64,000 nucleotides of DNA. Origin: Thermoproteota archaeon (GTDB lineage: Archaea > Korarchaeota > Korarchaeia > Korarchaeales > JAOZGB01). Position numbers and translations under genes: made by a program. The stretch covers positions 160,001-224,000 of the forward strand of contig JAVCBU010000012.1 in the NCBI GenBank assembly GCA_037917685.1, read 5' to 3'. Every line of letters begins with the position of its first letter. Positions within the stretch are counted from its first letter, which is position 1. A model generated the notes under the pieces. The model did not search any database and was not told the origin of the DNA. It saw only the letters and a list, made by a program, of their open reading frames with translations. Positions 46,413 through 56,432 of the stretch are shown here, piece by piece.

Positions 46413-48359
46413 TTACACTGTTGCTGGAAGCTTTCCTGCCTTTCCTAGTTGTTCAGCTACATCGTCTAGCTCTAGTTCTTCTAGGGTTTTCCTCTTTGGA
46501 AGGCCTGTTTTAATGTCCCAGCCTCTTTTCTCGTAGTATTCGTCTAGCATTTTGTCAAGCTGGCAGACGCGGCCTTTAGCAGGTCCGGCTGGCATAGGCT
46601 CCTTCAGGAACCTGTCTGGCAGGGTGTCGTCCTTCCTCGTCAGGCCTAGCCTAACGTTAAACGCCTTTCTAAGGTTTGCAATCCTTGCTGCAACCTTTCT
46701 CACGTATTTAACATCAGCATACTCCTGCATACCTGTTAGGGGTGGTATTATCTTCGCCACGTCTTCGAAGTAGAATATTGGGGGCCACATGGTTGAATAC
46801 TTACATATGATCATCGAGTCGACTAGGCAGTAGAAGTCTTCAAGGTCCCTGATAAGCTCACCTTTATACTGGGGTGACAGGGGGTCAACCATTATTCTGT
46901 AGTCATACTGGGGATACCTTTCCTTTGCTGTTTCCTCATACCCCTGTTCCTCGAGGCAGGACAGGGATGTTAGGTGATCTGCGCCTCTTGCAGCTGTGGC
47001 ATGGGTTAGCCCGGAAGACTGGTGGGAGCGGCCGTCCTGGCCGGACACCTCCAGCCCCTTGACATGTATGGCATATCTCCAGCTTCCCCTCCCTATTACC
47101 TCCGCAGCCCGCCTGGAACCCTCAGCAAGTATATCCCCAAAGCCCTTCCTGAAAGCAATATCCCTGACAAGCTGGACAATGGCCTCATGGTTCCCCCATG
47201 TCAGCTCTAAGCCCCCGGTATCCTCCTTTGAAAGGATACCTCTTTCATAGCACTCTATTGCAAAGGCTATTGTACAGCCTGTGGATATCGTGTCAAGGCT
47301 GTACTCGTTACAGAGCCAGTTTGCATGAATTACAGACTCTAAGTGTGGGTTTCCGCAGTTCGAGCCGAACGCCATGATCGTCTCATATTCCGGTCCTCCT
47401 GTTAGCGTCTTGTACGGCCCATATGGGACCTTTGACAGGTATTTACACTGGATTCCACAGCCCATGCACGCCGCCCTCTTAACCCTGAACTCTCTACGCA
47501 TCCTTTCACCTGATATCTTATCCGCATCCTCGTAAACACCTGTGGAGTGGTTTCTCGTTGGAAGCCGCCCTATGGCGCTTGTGATTTCTACAAGACTGGG
47601 TGTACCATACATGCCAAGGGAGCTCTCGTTTAGCTCGCCCCATTCAACAGTCATCTTGTACCATGCGTATTCCATGACCTCTTTCCACTCGTCATAGTCG
47701 TATACTTCAACGCTGCCTGTACCTCTAACAGCTATAGCTTTGAGGTTCTTCGACCCCATCACGGCTCCCATCCCTGTTCTACCAGCTGCATGGTAATAGT
47801 CAAATATTATGCACGACATTTTAACCATGTTCTCTCCGGCAGGCCCTATCGCCGCAACCTTTATTCTATCATCCCCATGCTTCTCTCTGATCATGTCAGT
47901 GGTTTCGGACACTGTTTTACCCCACAGCCTGCTAGCATCCATGAGTTCCACATGGTTATCATCGATGTATAGGTATACAGGCTTCTCAGACTTGCCTGTT
48001 ACTATGATCATGTCGTAGCCAGCATATTTAAGCTCGGGGGCGAATGCTCCTCCGGTATTGGCTGAGCCCCACACCCCTGTAAGGGGCGACCTTGCTGCAA
48101 CTTCCAGCCTACCTGTCTGAGGGAAATAGGCTCCGTTTACAGGCCCTGTGGCAATTACAAGTCTGTTCTCAGGTGAGAGGGGCTTTGTGTCAGGTCCGGT
48201 TTCATCCCATAGTATTCTGGTAGCAAATCCTATACCCCCGAGATATTTTAGTGCTAAGCCCTCCGGCAGATCTTCCTTGATAATGCTACCTGATGTTAGA
48301 TTTACTCTGAGTATTTTACCAGCATACCCCTTATACTTGAATTTAGACATGGGCCCCAC
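46413..48359 (-). CDS. aor: Tungsten aldehyde:ferredoxin oxidoreductase family protein (WOR #4)
   Basis: RSPLTG, GRTGMGAVMGSKNLKAI, CMGCGIQC, GPEYET, RGADH, WPPIF shared with WOR #2. Confidence 0.95.
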   Translation of the reverse strand: MGPMSKFKYKGYAGKILRVNLTSGSIIKEDLPEGLALKYLGGIGFATRILWDETGPDTKPLSPENRLVIATGPVNGAYFPQTGRLEVAARSPLTGVWGSANTGGAFAPELKYAGYDMIIVTGKSEKPVYLYIDDNHVELMDASRLWGKTVSETTDMIREKHGDDRIKVAAIGPAGENMVKMSCIIFDYYHAAGRTGMGAVMGSKNLKAIAVRGTGSVEVYDYDEWKEVMEYAWYKMTVEWGELNESSLGMYGTPSLVEITSAIGRLPTRNHSTGVYEDADKISGERMRREFRVKRAACMGCGIQCKYLSKVPYGPYKTLTGGPEYETIMAFGSNCGNPHLESVIHANWLCNEYSLDTISTGCTIAFAIECYERGILSKEDTGGLELTWGNHEAIVQLVRDIAFRKGFGDILAEGSRRAAEVIGRGSWRYAIHVKGLEVSGQDGRSHQSSGLTHATAARGADHLTSLSCLEEQGYEETAKERYPQYDYRIMVDPLSPQYKGELIRDLEDFYCLVDSMIICKYSTMWPPIFYFEDVAKIIPPLTGMQEYADVKYVRKVAARIANLRKAFNVRLGLTRKDDTLPDRFLKEPMPAGPAKGRVCQLDKMLDEYYEKRGWDIKTGLPKRKTLEELELDDVAEQLGKAGKLPATV

Positions 48360-48846
48360 CCACCGCGACTTTATATATTCTTATTAGAGATTCTGCTTTC
48401 TCCCTAGCCCTCAAATAGTAAGCCTGCTCCGCTGGGAGGTAGAGGATTGCTTTAACCCTGCAGTAGTTGACACATGCAGGGTCCCCCCCGCATAGGTTAC
48501 ATTTTGTCGAAGTTCCTGTGGAAGGATCTATCCTTATAGCGCCAAGCGGGCAGGCCATGACGCATAGTTTGCATCCGATACATTTATCCTTGTCTACCTC
48601 GACAGCCCATGTCTCCTCGTTTCTGTATAGTGCGCCGGTCGGGCATGACTCCACACATGGCGCGGGGTCGCATTGTTGACACACTATTGGGATGAAAACT
48701 CCATTTTTCTCGTCGGCTATTACTGTTATGTTTGACCTTGCAGGATTGAAAACTCCCTTATTTACGAAGGAGCATACCAGTTCGCAAGCTCTACAGCCCG
48801 TACATTTGGATGGATCTGCAAACAGTATTTTCACCAAATCCACCAC
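48343..48846 (-). CDS. 4x[4Fe-4S] electron-transfer subunit (AorA-like)
   Basis: CTGCRACELVC, CQQCDPAPC, CIGCKLCVMACP, KCNLC. Confidence 0.9.
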   Translation of the reverse strand: MVDLVKILFADPSKCTGCRACELVCSFVNKGVFNPARSNITVIADEKNGVFIPIVCQQCDPAPCVESCPTGALYRNEETWAVEVDKDKCIGCKLCVMACPLGAIRIDPSTGTSTKCNLCGGDPACVNYCRVKAILYLPAEQAYYLRAREKAESLIRIYKVAVGGAHV

Positions 48847-48908
48847 GCAAGAAGTTTAATATTAAGAAATAATAAAAGTGTAGCTGTGAACTATCTATCG
48901 GGGTTAAG

Positions 48909-49451
48909 ATGAAGAGGGGATCTGTAGCGCTCTCAGCTGTATTCACCGCAGCGGTATTTGCAGCCACATATGTTGTACATGTCCCAGTTCCCCAGACTCA
49001 GGGATATATTAACCTTGGGGATACAATGGTGCTCTCGGCAGGGCTCCTATTAGGCCCATACCTCGGCCTAATCGCCGGCGGGGTAGGCTCAGCACTAGCA
49101 GATATAGCCATAGCTCCTTCATGGGCTCCCTTTACCCTAGTAATAAAGGGGTTGGAAGGGTTGATCGCTGGGTACCTTTCGAGAAGAAATAAAAAACTAC
49201 GTGGACTAACCCTCTCATCCATAGTTGCATCTCTCGAAATGGTAGCTGGATATTTTATTGTTGAAGTAGCACTGTACGGTCTGGGCCCAGCCCTAGTAGA
49301 ACTTCCAGGTAACATCCTCCAAGCTGTTGTAGGATGTATCGTAGCCATACCAATAGCATATACCATCAGAATTAGATACAGCCCTATTCTACCTGTATGG
49401 GAAGCGTGTCGCGCCACCCACCATGTAATAGAATCGCGCGAGTCTCCGTAG
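48909..49451 (+). CDS. ECF transporter S component
   Basis: GYINLGD, GGVGSALAD, WAPFTLVIKG.EG. Confidence 0.88.
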   Translation: MKRGSVALSAVFTAAVFAATYVVHVPVPQTQGYINLGDTMVLSAGLLLGPYLGLIAGGVGSALADIAIAPSWAPFTLVIKGLEGLIAGYLSRRNKKLRGLTLSSIVASLEMVAGYFIVEVALYGLGPALVELPGNILQAVVGCIVAIPIAYTIRIRYSPILPVWEACRATHHVIESRESP

Positions 49452-49711
49452 AATGGTTATGAGGCATATTGCCTGCTTTGAGATTCGCCTCGGAGCGCTT
49501 CCCCGCCCAAAGCATCCTTCAAATTTAGCTTAAGATTAGACACATCTCCCACCGCGACTTCTCACGCCCCGTTTCTATCCAGGATATATAAGTGCCCGTC
49601 GAATCCATCTGTGCCTTAAACCTGTCCGCGCGCGCAGATCTCTCTCCGCGCAGATTTCTCATTGTGTTTTGTGGATAGATTTTTAAGGCGTGGTCAGCTT
49701 CATATTTTAGG

Positions 49712-50125
49712 TTGGGAGATAGAAGTAGGGATTGGATGGATCAGGCTGAAAGAGATCTGGAGCTTGCTGAGAAATGTGTTTTAGACGGTTTCTATGAGTG
49801 GGCCTGCTTTCTTTCACAGCAAGCTTCAGAGAAGGCTGTGAAAGCCGTTTTCCAGGCGTTAGGGGGCGAGGCATGGGGTCACTCAGTCACAGACCTACTG
49901 CTTGAACTACCGGAGGGGTATAGACCTAGTATGAGGCTTGTTGACCTGGCGAAAGAGATTGATAAGGCCTATATTCCAACGAGGTATCCTAACGCCCATC
50001 CATCAGGCCCCCCATATAAGTATTATACTAGAAGAGAGGCTGAGAGGCTTGTCTCAAACGCAAAGGAGATCATCGGGTACTGTAAAGGTATTCTGGAGAG
50101 AATACGGCAGGGACGAAGCTGTTAA
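49712..50125 (+). CDS. HEPN-domain protein
   Basis: W..QAERDL, YEWACF.SQQA.EKA.KA, GHS, YIPTRYP. Confidence 0.9.
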   Translation: MGDRSRDWMDQAERDLELAEKCVLDGFYEWACFLSQQASEKAVKAVFQALGGEAWGHSVTDLLLELPEGYRPSMRLVDLAKEIDKAYIPTRYPNAHPSGPPYKYYTRREAERLVSNAKEIIGYCKGILERIRQGRSC

Positions 50126-50462
50126 AAGACTAGTTAACGCATTCAAAGACATCCATCCAGACAGCCATATAAAGGCCATCATTCTCCACGGCTCAGTGGC
50201 CGAAAACAGGCATACGCCATCAAGCGATGTGGATCTTCTAGTTATCGTAGAGGAGACCTCCCAGGACATGTTCAATTACGTCAGGGAGAAAGCTGGAATC
50301 AGAAAAGTTGAGCCTCACATATACACAGCTGAACAGTTTAGGAAGGCTTTAAAAGGTACAAGGTTTAGGGAGAATCTCATAAATAAATCGATCATTATAT
50401 ATCCACCGCGTCTAGCTGGGCGGAGGACAACCCTGAAATACCTGCAAGATATTATAGAGTAG
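50049..50462 (+). CDS. Minimal nucleotidyltransferase (MNT) of a HEPN-MNT module
   Basis: ILHGSVA....SSDVDLLVI; overlaps HEPN; TTG near 50049 preferred. Confidence 0.85.
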   Translation: MSQTQRRSSGTVKVFWREYGRDEAVKRLVNAFKDIHPDSHIKAIILHGSVAENRHTPSSDVDLLVIVEETSQDMFNYVREKAGIRKVEPHIYTAEQFRKALKGTRFRENLINKSIIIYPPRLAGRRTTLKYLQDIIE

Positions 50463-50584
50463 AATAATCACCGCCACTGTAAGAGTTGCCTAACCCAAAA
50501 TTATTAATATTGGGAGCCCCGCTACCCCCTCGCGCTAACCATTTTCGACCCGTTCATAGCGAGGTTTAAACATGGAGTGTATGA

Positions 50585-50990
50585 CTATAATATAGGGTGG
50601 AGATCAGTAAGCATATAAGTAGGAGAGATGTATTCTCTGGCCTTGCCCAGGCCTATCCTGGAATTCGCCAGGTTGAAGGCTATAAGAAAGCTAAGTAGGG
50701 AAATGAGGAGAACTGTAAGATAATAGGCCATGGTGGCAGCAGCATGGAATTTTACAATCTCCAGGCCCGCCATGTAGCCCATGGAAGGATAACAGCAGCA
50801 CAGGAAGCTACACCTAACACGCAAAGCAATAAGAAACTTGGAGTGAGCCCCAGCAGCCTGAACATCCGCATAACCAAGAGTAAAGAAAAATGTTGAAAAC
50901 AGCAGTATATACGGAGAGTAGAAGCTTAGAAGGGCTAATGTGAAAATATGAGGAGCTGAAGCAAGCAGTCGAGTACTTCAGGCTTCTCCG
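50585..50990 (-). pseudogene. Degenerate membrane-protein (possibly MFS) fragments
   Basis: Short hydrophobic pieces in different frames (LLLSVYTAVFNIFL; MAYYLTVLLISLLSFLIAF) with no intact ORF. Confidence 0.3.
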
Positions 50991-51049
50991 GGGATAGTTG
51001 TTTTGTCGGCTTATGGTTTGGTCTTTAGGTTTATTTGTGTTTTGGATAG

Positions 51050-53554
51050 CTATATTCTTGCTTTTAGTTCTATTTCTTCGACGTCGACTAGGCCGTTTCC
51101 ATCTATGTCTCTCCATGAAATTATTATTATTTTCGAGGTTAGCGCTTGGGGATTTGATGCTAGGTATTTTATGGCTGCTAGGGTTCCGTATCTTGTGCAT
51201 CCTTCTATCAGGAGGATTTTTCCACCATCATCCACCAGGTTTATTATGGCCGCGTAGTCTGTGATGCCGAAGCTGCTTACTCCTGTATAGTTCCCTAATC
51301 CTTCCAGGTTTAGGCTGACTTTACCTTCTGATATTGTGAAGGATAGCCCTATCCAACTGTTATATTCATCTGCTATTCTGTTTGCTAGTGGTCCGCCCAC
51401 TATTAGAGTGTAGTAGGGATTTGTGGCGGCATTTGTGGATTTGAGGTTGAGTGAGCTGAGGAGCATTGTTGCGTATTCAGCGTCTGGCCCGTACGCGGAT
51501 ACGTATACCTGGTAGTAATGAGCTTCCTGTATTGACTCTGCTATTCTTACGGGTTTTACTTTGTATTCTATGGAGAATGATGGGTTTGAGCCTCTGATTG
51601 TTATGGATATGTGGAGAATTGTTTTCTTTTGGTTTCTGGATTTTTCGTAGATCAGTTCCACATCCCTGTAGTTTTTGATGTTGACGTCTCCCATTGGCAG
51701 TTCAAGCTCAATGTAGAGATGGGGTGGTACATCTGCTATTTTCTCATGTTCATTAAGCCTTGGTGATACGCCTAGGCCCTGCATTAGGTTGAGGCGGAGG
51801 ATTGTGTTAAAGTTGAACTCGTCAACCTCGTTCTCTGGGATATCTCTTGTATACTCCCCGATAATGTTAAGTGTAATGTCTCCTTCTATAATTAGATCCT
51901 CGACAGTCGTATATCCTGCTCTAAGCCATTTAAGAGAGGTGTATTGCTGATACTTGGGGCATGGTGTGAATGCGGGATCTCCGATCAAAATTTGCCCTAG
52001 GGAGGTTGATGCCGTGTTTGAACCTCCTGCCACGTTTTCAACCCATGTGTAGGATAGGCCTTTGGTTGCCAGCAGGAGCATGTTTTTAACCATTCTTGAC
52101 GCCTCCCCTATACTTAAGCCATTATAGGCGATCAGCGACACAAGGTTTACAAAGTGGAAGAAGGCTCCCTCGCTTTCCTGAAGCGTCGCCGCACCTACTA
52201 CAGCTACAGCTCCCGAGGAGATCATGGAGAGGGATAGGGAGTTTGATGGTGTAGCTAGGTCAGCCATGAAGTGGCATGAGGAGGAGAGTACTATTGGCGA
52301 GGTGAGTTTGGTGTTACTTACCGCTTGTGGATCTATAACTCCGGATGCTGCTGTTATCGTCCCGTAGTCTCCGTGTCCGACGAGCATTATTAGGCCTTTC
52401 CCGGGCATTTTACCTAGAATTGAAGACGCTGATTCGCCGACACTGTGGTGTGACCTGCCTCCGGTGGCATCGGCCCATATATCAGCTACTGACAATGCGT
52501 TTATATACCCGTCTGCAAGCTCGTCCAGCCCTGGAGATATGCTGTACACGCCAAGGGAATCTTTTACGATACCGTTTTCGTGGTAGGTCCAGGTTCTCCC
52601 TATGAGTGCTGACGCTGAATACGGGTTTTCGCCTATTATTCTTCCAACGGCGACATCAACATACTTGTCAGGGTCTAGAATTTCCAGCGGCTCTTGTAAT
52701 GCGTTTTCATAGAACGGATAGTCGTGCCATGCTAGATGGTATCCATTTTCGACGAGTGGGAACGTGTCCAGCCCTCCACAGATAGCAACGTATTCTGTGT
52801 CGTAGTTTAGGATTAGGTCTTCCGCAAGGCCCATAGACACTATTGGTGCGTTGTGGATTGCAGCTATAAGCGGGCTTACCAGGGAGAGACGCCCGTATGC
52901 CGAGTTTACATCGTTAAAATCTGCGACTACGAGGTAGTCTATTCCATCTACCCCTATGAAAAAGTTTAGGTAGTCGTCCTCCGGGATGTATTTGAAATGT
53001 ATTCCAGAGGGTTTTAGGTTGTAGGCATATATAGTTGCGTTCCAAGGGGAGATAAGGGTTAGTGTTTCATCCGAGTATAGTATGAGAGGCGAGTCTAGGA
53101 TTGACGCTATTGTTGAAGCTTTAGCTGCATCTTCAGACTTGGCTATTACAACTGTTTCAGGCTGGCCCCAGCCCTCCAAGGCTATTGATACAGATGCTTC
53201 TTGGGGGGTATCGTACCTTTCTTTTTGGACAGGTGCGATTTTTGAAAGTGTGTTGACAATGTTTGGAGGGCAGTTAACTGTGATTATAAGTTCGGGGTTG
53301 TAGTACTCTAAAAAGTTGCTGATGGATCGGTCGAGCCGATCTTCTCCTGTTAACAGGATAGGGGTATAGTCTTCATGAACCGAGAGGGGAGCATAAATGC
53401 TTGAATATAGAATCGCGGTTGGATCATACTGGTCCACCGCCAAGACCACTGCAACATTCCCAGCAGATGTAAAGCCTATTTTAACACTAAAACCCGATAA
53501 GCTTAGCAGGCTTACAAATGACAGCCCGATTATACTCAGATATTTGGCACGCAC
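51050..53554 (-). CDS. Secreted/surface peptidase C25 (gingipain-like) with S-layer-like C-terminal domain
   Basis: Signal peptide; DVAVGRI, catalytic-like LVGHG and SSSCH, LIGDPA; C-terminal LIVGGPLAN...EG.TRYGT.AA and a DIDGNGLVD Ca-binding loop. Confidence 0.7.
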   Translation of the reverse strand: MRAKYLSIIGLSFVSLLSLSGFSVKIGFTSAGNVAVVLAVDQYDPTAILYSSIYAPLSVHEDYTPILLTGEDRLDRSISNFLEYYNPELIITVNCPPNIVNTLSKIAPVQKERYDTPQEASVSIALEGWGQPETVVIAKSEDAAKASTIASILDSPLILYSDETLTLISPWNATIYAYNLKPSGIHFKYIPEDDYLNFFIGVDGIDYLVVADFNDVNSAYGRLSLVSPLIAAIHNAPIVSMGLAEDLILNYDTEYVAICGGLDTFPLVENGYHLAWHDYPFYENALQEPLEILDPDKYVDVAVGRIIGENPYSASALIGRTWTYHENGIVKDSLGVYSISPGLDELADGYINALSVADIWADATGGRSHHSVGESASSILGKMPGKGLIMLVGHGDYGTITAASGVIDPQAVSNTKLTSPIVLSSSCHFMADLATPSNSLSLSMISSGAVAVVGAATLQESEGAFFHFVNLVSLIAYNGLSIGEASRMVKNMLLLATKGLSYTWVENVAGGSNTASTSLGQILIGDPAFTPCPKYQQYTSLKWLRAGYTTVEDLIIEGDITLNIIGEYTRDIPENEVDEFNFNTILRLNLMQGLGVSPRLNEHEKIADVPPHLYIELELPMGDVNIKNYRDVELIYEKSRNQKKTILHISITIRGSNPSFSIEYKVKPVRIAESIQEAHYYQVYVSAYGPDAEYATMLLSSLNLKSTNAATNPYYTLIVGGPLANRIADEYNSWIGLSFTISEGKVSLNLEGLGNYTGVSSFGITDYAAIINLVDDGGKILLIEGCTRYGTLAAIKYLASNPQALTSKIIIISWRDIDGNGLVDVEEIELKARI

Positions 53555-53603
53555 ATCACTGATAGTGTAGTTAAATATTTTTATTATTTCCGTAGCCTCT
53601 TAG

Positions 53604-53837
53604 ATGAGAGGTGTAAAAATGTCCGTAAAGACATGGAAATCCGAGAGTCTTGGGATAGAGATACAGATAGATCATGATAAATGTGAAGGCTGTGAGCAGT
53701 GCGTCCAAGTCTGCCCGGTAGGGGTATTCGAGATGGTTGAAGGGAAGTCTACAGCACCAAACATCGACCAGTGTATCCAATGTTGTGCCTGTGTTAACGC
53801 GTGCCCGACGAATGCTATAACACACAGTTCGTGCTAA
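53604..53837 (+). CDS. 2x[4Fe-4S] ferredoxin
   Basis: CEGCEQCVQVCP and CIQCCACVNACP. Confidence 0.92.
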   Translation: MRGVKMSVKTWKSESLGIEIQIDHDKCEGCEQCVQVCPVGVFEMVEGKSTAPNIDQCIQCCACVNACPTNAITHSSC

Positions 53838-53968
53838 ACACCTTCTTCTCTCTTTCTTCCTATTATACTGGACTCTGGTGAAGCCACCATTTAAAACTGT
53901 TTGATAGCAGGCTAGTGCCTGGAATAATTTTAACTGTCGAGATATTGATATTTAAGGGGGTGTAACCG

Positions 53969-54676
53969 TTGACTGAGCTTCTATACGAGAGAGACTCATA
54001 TCTGCTGGAATTTGAAGCTGTAGTTATGGAGGTCTCTGGCAACGGTGTCGTCCTCGACCGGACCGCGTTTCACCCCTTGTCTGGAGGGGTTGCTAACGAT
54101 ACTGGAGTTATAAGGCATGAGAATGATGAATATCGTATTGTTAACGTGGTGAAGTCGGAAGGAAGGATAATTCATGTCGTTGAGCCTGAACCGGGCTTTA
54201 AGGCTGGGTGTAGGATTACTGGTGTAATAGACTGGGAGAGAAGATATAGGTTAATGAAGTTGCATACTGCGGATCACATATTAGCCGCTGTCCTCTACAG
54301 AGAATATTCGGCACTGGTGACCGGGGGGCACATAGATCCTGAAAAGGCTAAATCAGACTTTAGCTTGGAAAAGGGTGGTAAGGAGCTCTTTAAACAGGCG
54401 ATTGAAAAGGTCAACCAGATAATAGCGAGAAGTATCGACGTTAAGATTTACTTCCTCCCTCGAGAGGAAGCTCTAAAAATCCCCGGCATAGTTAAGCTCG
54501 CTGGAAGAATGCCTCCAGACGTTAAGATGTTAAGGATAGTGGAAATCCCGGGAGTAGACATACAAGCTGACGGCGGACCCCACGTCTCAAATACAGCTGA
54601 AATAGGTCGGATAAAACTACTTAAGGTTGAGAATAAGGGCCGAGGGAAGAAAAGGGTCTATTTCACACTTGCATAA
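53969..54676 (+). CDS. alaXM: Alanyl-tRNA editing protein AlaX-M
   Basis: LDRTAFHP.SGG, HTADH, QADGGPH, ENKGRG..R. Confidence 0.92.
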   Translation: MTELLYERDSYLLEFEAVVMEVSGNGVVLDRTAFHPLSGGVANDTGVIRHENDEYRIVNVVKSEGRIIHVVEPEPGFKAGCRITGVIDWERRYRLMKLHTADHILAAVLYREYSALVTGGHIDPEKAKSDFSLEKGGKELFKQAIEKVNQIIARSIDVKIYFLPREEALKIPGIVKLAGRMPPDVKMLRIVEIPGVDIQADGGPHVSNTAEIGRIKLLKVENKGRGKKRVYFTLA

Positions 54677-54800
54677 AGATAAGACACGGATTTGCAATAC
54701 TCATATTTCCCAGCCAACCCCTCCACACATTTTACATCATGATAGCAACTGCAAAGGATAAATTATTGACATATAGGGTTGATAGTAGGTTTTAGCGGAC

Positions 54801-55076
54801 ATGCATGAAGTAGAGACTACACATACCATTATAATTGGAGATTCTAGAAGTATGCGGGAAATAGGAGATGAAAGCATCCATCTGGTTGTTACGTCACCTC
54901 CATACCCTATGATTGAAACATGGGATGGCCTCTTCAGAAGTCTTGATAAGAAGATAGATAGGCTTTGGAGAAAAATGGGGGACAGCAATGGAGACGAGTA
55001 TGTACGCCAGATCTATGATCTCATGCATAGGAATCTTGAAATGGTTTGGAGGGAGGTTTGCAGATATGGGATGTAG
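54801..55076 (+). pseudogene. Truncated DNA amino-methyltransferase (N-terminal ~90 aa)
   Basis: IIGDSR.M..I.DESIHLVVTSPPY then ends near VWREVCR; SAM-binding motif I absent. Confidence 0.8.
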
Positions 55077-55413
55077 GCAGTGTTAGGCAGGATGCTCCTG
55101 AGATTGACGAGTACGTCTCATTTATCATGTCCCTAATCTCATCTAGGAGTCTATGGGCTTCCCTTTTATCGCTCACCTTCGTAATCGTGATGACTCCTGA
55201 GCTGCGGATTGTAACCAGCCTCGGACCCTTCATATATGTCAGGAATCCACCTTCCTTCGAGTATGAAGAGTTTGGAATCGCAGCGTGGAGGTATTGGAGG
55301 ATTTCATCAAGTCTCCGATCAGCCCTCGCAACAATTCTAATTTTAGACTCGTCGGCGAGACATGGGAGTACGCGTTCAATTTAAACCGATTTTAAAAAGT
55401 CTAATGCCGGCAT
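55021..55413 (-). pseudogene. COG4871-like (Fe-S/metal-binding regulator) pseudogene
   Basis: ATG 55413 (GGTGG RBS) MPALDFLKSV*IERVLPCLADESKIRIVA...RLVTIRSSGVITITKV.D..EA..LL.EI.D.INE; in-frame TAA at 55381-55383; C-terminal Cys domain missing. Confidence 0.65.
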
Positions 55414-55421
55414 TATACCAC

Positions 55422-56366
55422 CTATGGTATAGGTGGTTTTAGCCCTTGAGCCTGGTAGAAGGCTCTGATGATCAGTCTTAGACCGATGTAGAAGTAGACT
55501 GCCGCTAGCAGGATCTTATACCTTTTAGGTGACGTCTTGTGGGCTATTCTTGGTCCTATTTGAGCCGCCAAGACGCTTGGAACCCCTATTAGCAGGAATG
55601 CTAGAAGGTTAAACCATCCAAAGCTGTAGGGAGGATAGTCTAAGGGATGAAGTACCTGATCCATTCTCCCAAGCGCTACAAATGATAGTGAGCCTACACT
55701 TGAGCCTAGGATCATGGTGGCTATTGATATTATTGTTGACAAGTGAACTGGAATCTTCAGTACTGTGTTCAGAACTGGCATGTAGACAATTCCTCCGCCT
55801 ATACCTATGAAGTTGGCTGCTATTCCAGATATGAGGCCCATTATACCATACCTCGCTGCGCTTGGAGAGTTGAGCTTCTTAATCGGCAGAGGTTTTGCCC
55901 TCATAAATCTATAGGCGCCTATTAGACAGACAGCTCCGAATCCTCCTTTAAGGAAGATCCCTGTCTTCATTCTGAAAGCCTTAAACACCGTGTATGCTAG
56001 GAGTGAACCTGTAAGACTTCCTATGGCGACAGGTATAACGAAGTGGATGTAATGCTTTAGCGGAAACTTTAATTCTTTCTTTCTAAGCTCTCTGACATGC
56101 CTCAACAACCCGCTGATGGATGTCGGCACCACTACAGCCATATTCGTGCCGAAAGCTATCAGTGGCGCTATGGCGGCTGGAGTCCCCATAACCTTTTCAA
56201 AGAAGGATATCATCACTGGGACCATGATGAAGCATGCACCCACTCCGAAGAAGGAGCTGACAAGACCTACAGCTATACCCGCCAAAACCATGAGAATATA
56301 ATTTGACCAGTAGAGTAGTGGCGTCATCAAAGCTAGGCTTATAATCATCGAGTATGTCCCTCTCAT
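55422..56366 (-). CDS. TauE/SafE (TSUP) family membrane transporter
   Basis: G.VSSFFGVGA..IMVP and GIGGG...P repeats; multiple TM helices. Confidence 0.85.
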   Translation of the reverse strand: MRGTYSMIISLALMTPLLYWSNYILMVLAGIAVGLVSSFFGVGACFIMVPVMISFFEKVMGTPAAIAPLIAFGTNMAVVVPTSISGLLRHVRELRKKELKFPLKHYIHFVIPVAIGSLTGSLLAYTVFKAFRMKTGIFLKGGFGAVCLIGAYRFMRAKPLPIKKLNSPSAARYGIMGLISGIAANFIGIGGGIVYMPVLNTVLKIPVHLSTIISIATMILGSSVGSLSFVALGRMDQVLHPLDYPPYSFGWFNLLAFLLIGVPSVLAAQIGPRIAHKTSPKRYKILLAAVYFYIGLRLIIRAFYQAQGLKPPIP

Positions 56367-56406
56367 ATAGGTCTTATTTCAATCAGTTACCAATTTTTAT
56401 AAATAT

Positions 56407-56425
56407 AACTTACAAAATGTAAGTT
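56407..56425. promoter_or_regulatory. Perfect 8-3-8 inverted repeat operator (AACTTACA aaa TGTAAGTT)
   Basis: Lies between the TATA-like element (ttttataaata) and the Lrp start, in the divergent TauE/Lrp promoter. Confidence 0.65.
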
Positions 56426-56432
56426 TGGAAGA

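Noticed and set aside
49456-49542. Possible rubrerythrin N-terminal remnant (NLKDALGGE...GESQ) on the minus strand
   Set aside because: Under 30 codons; similarity too short to support
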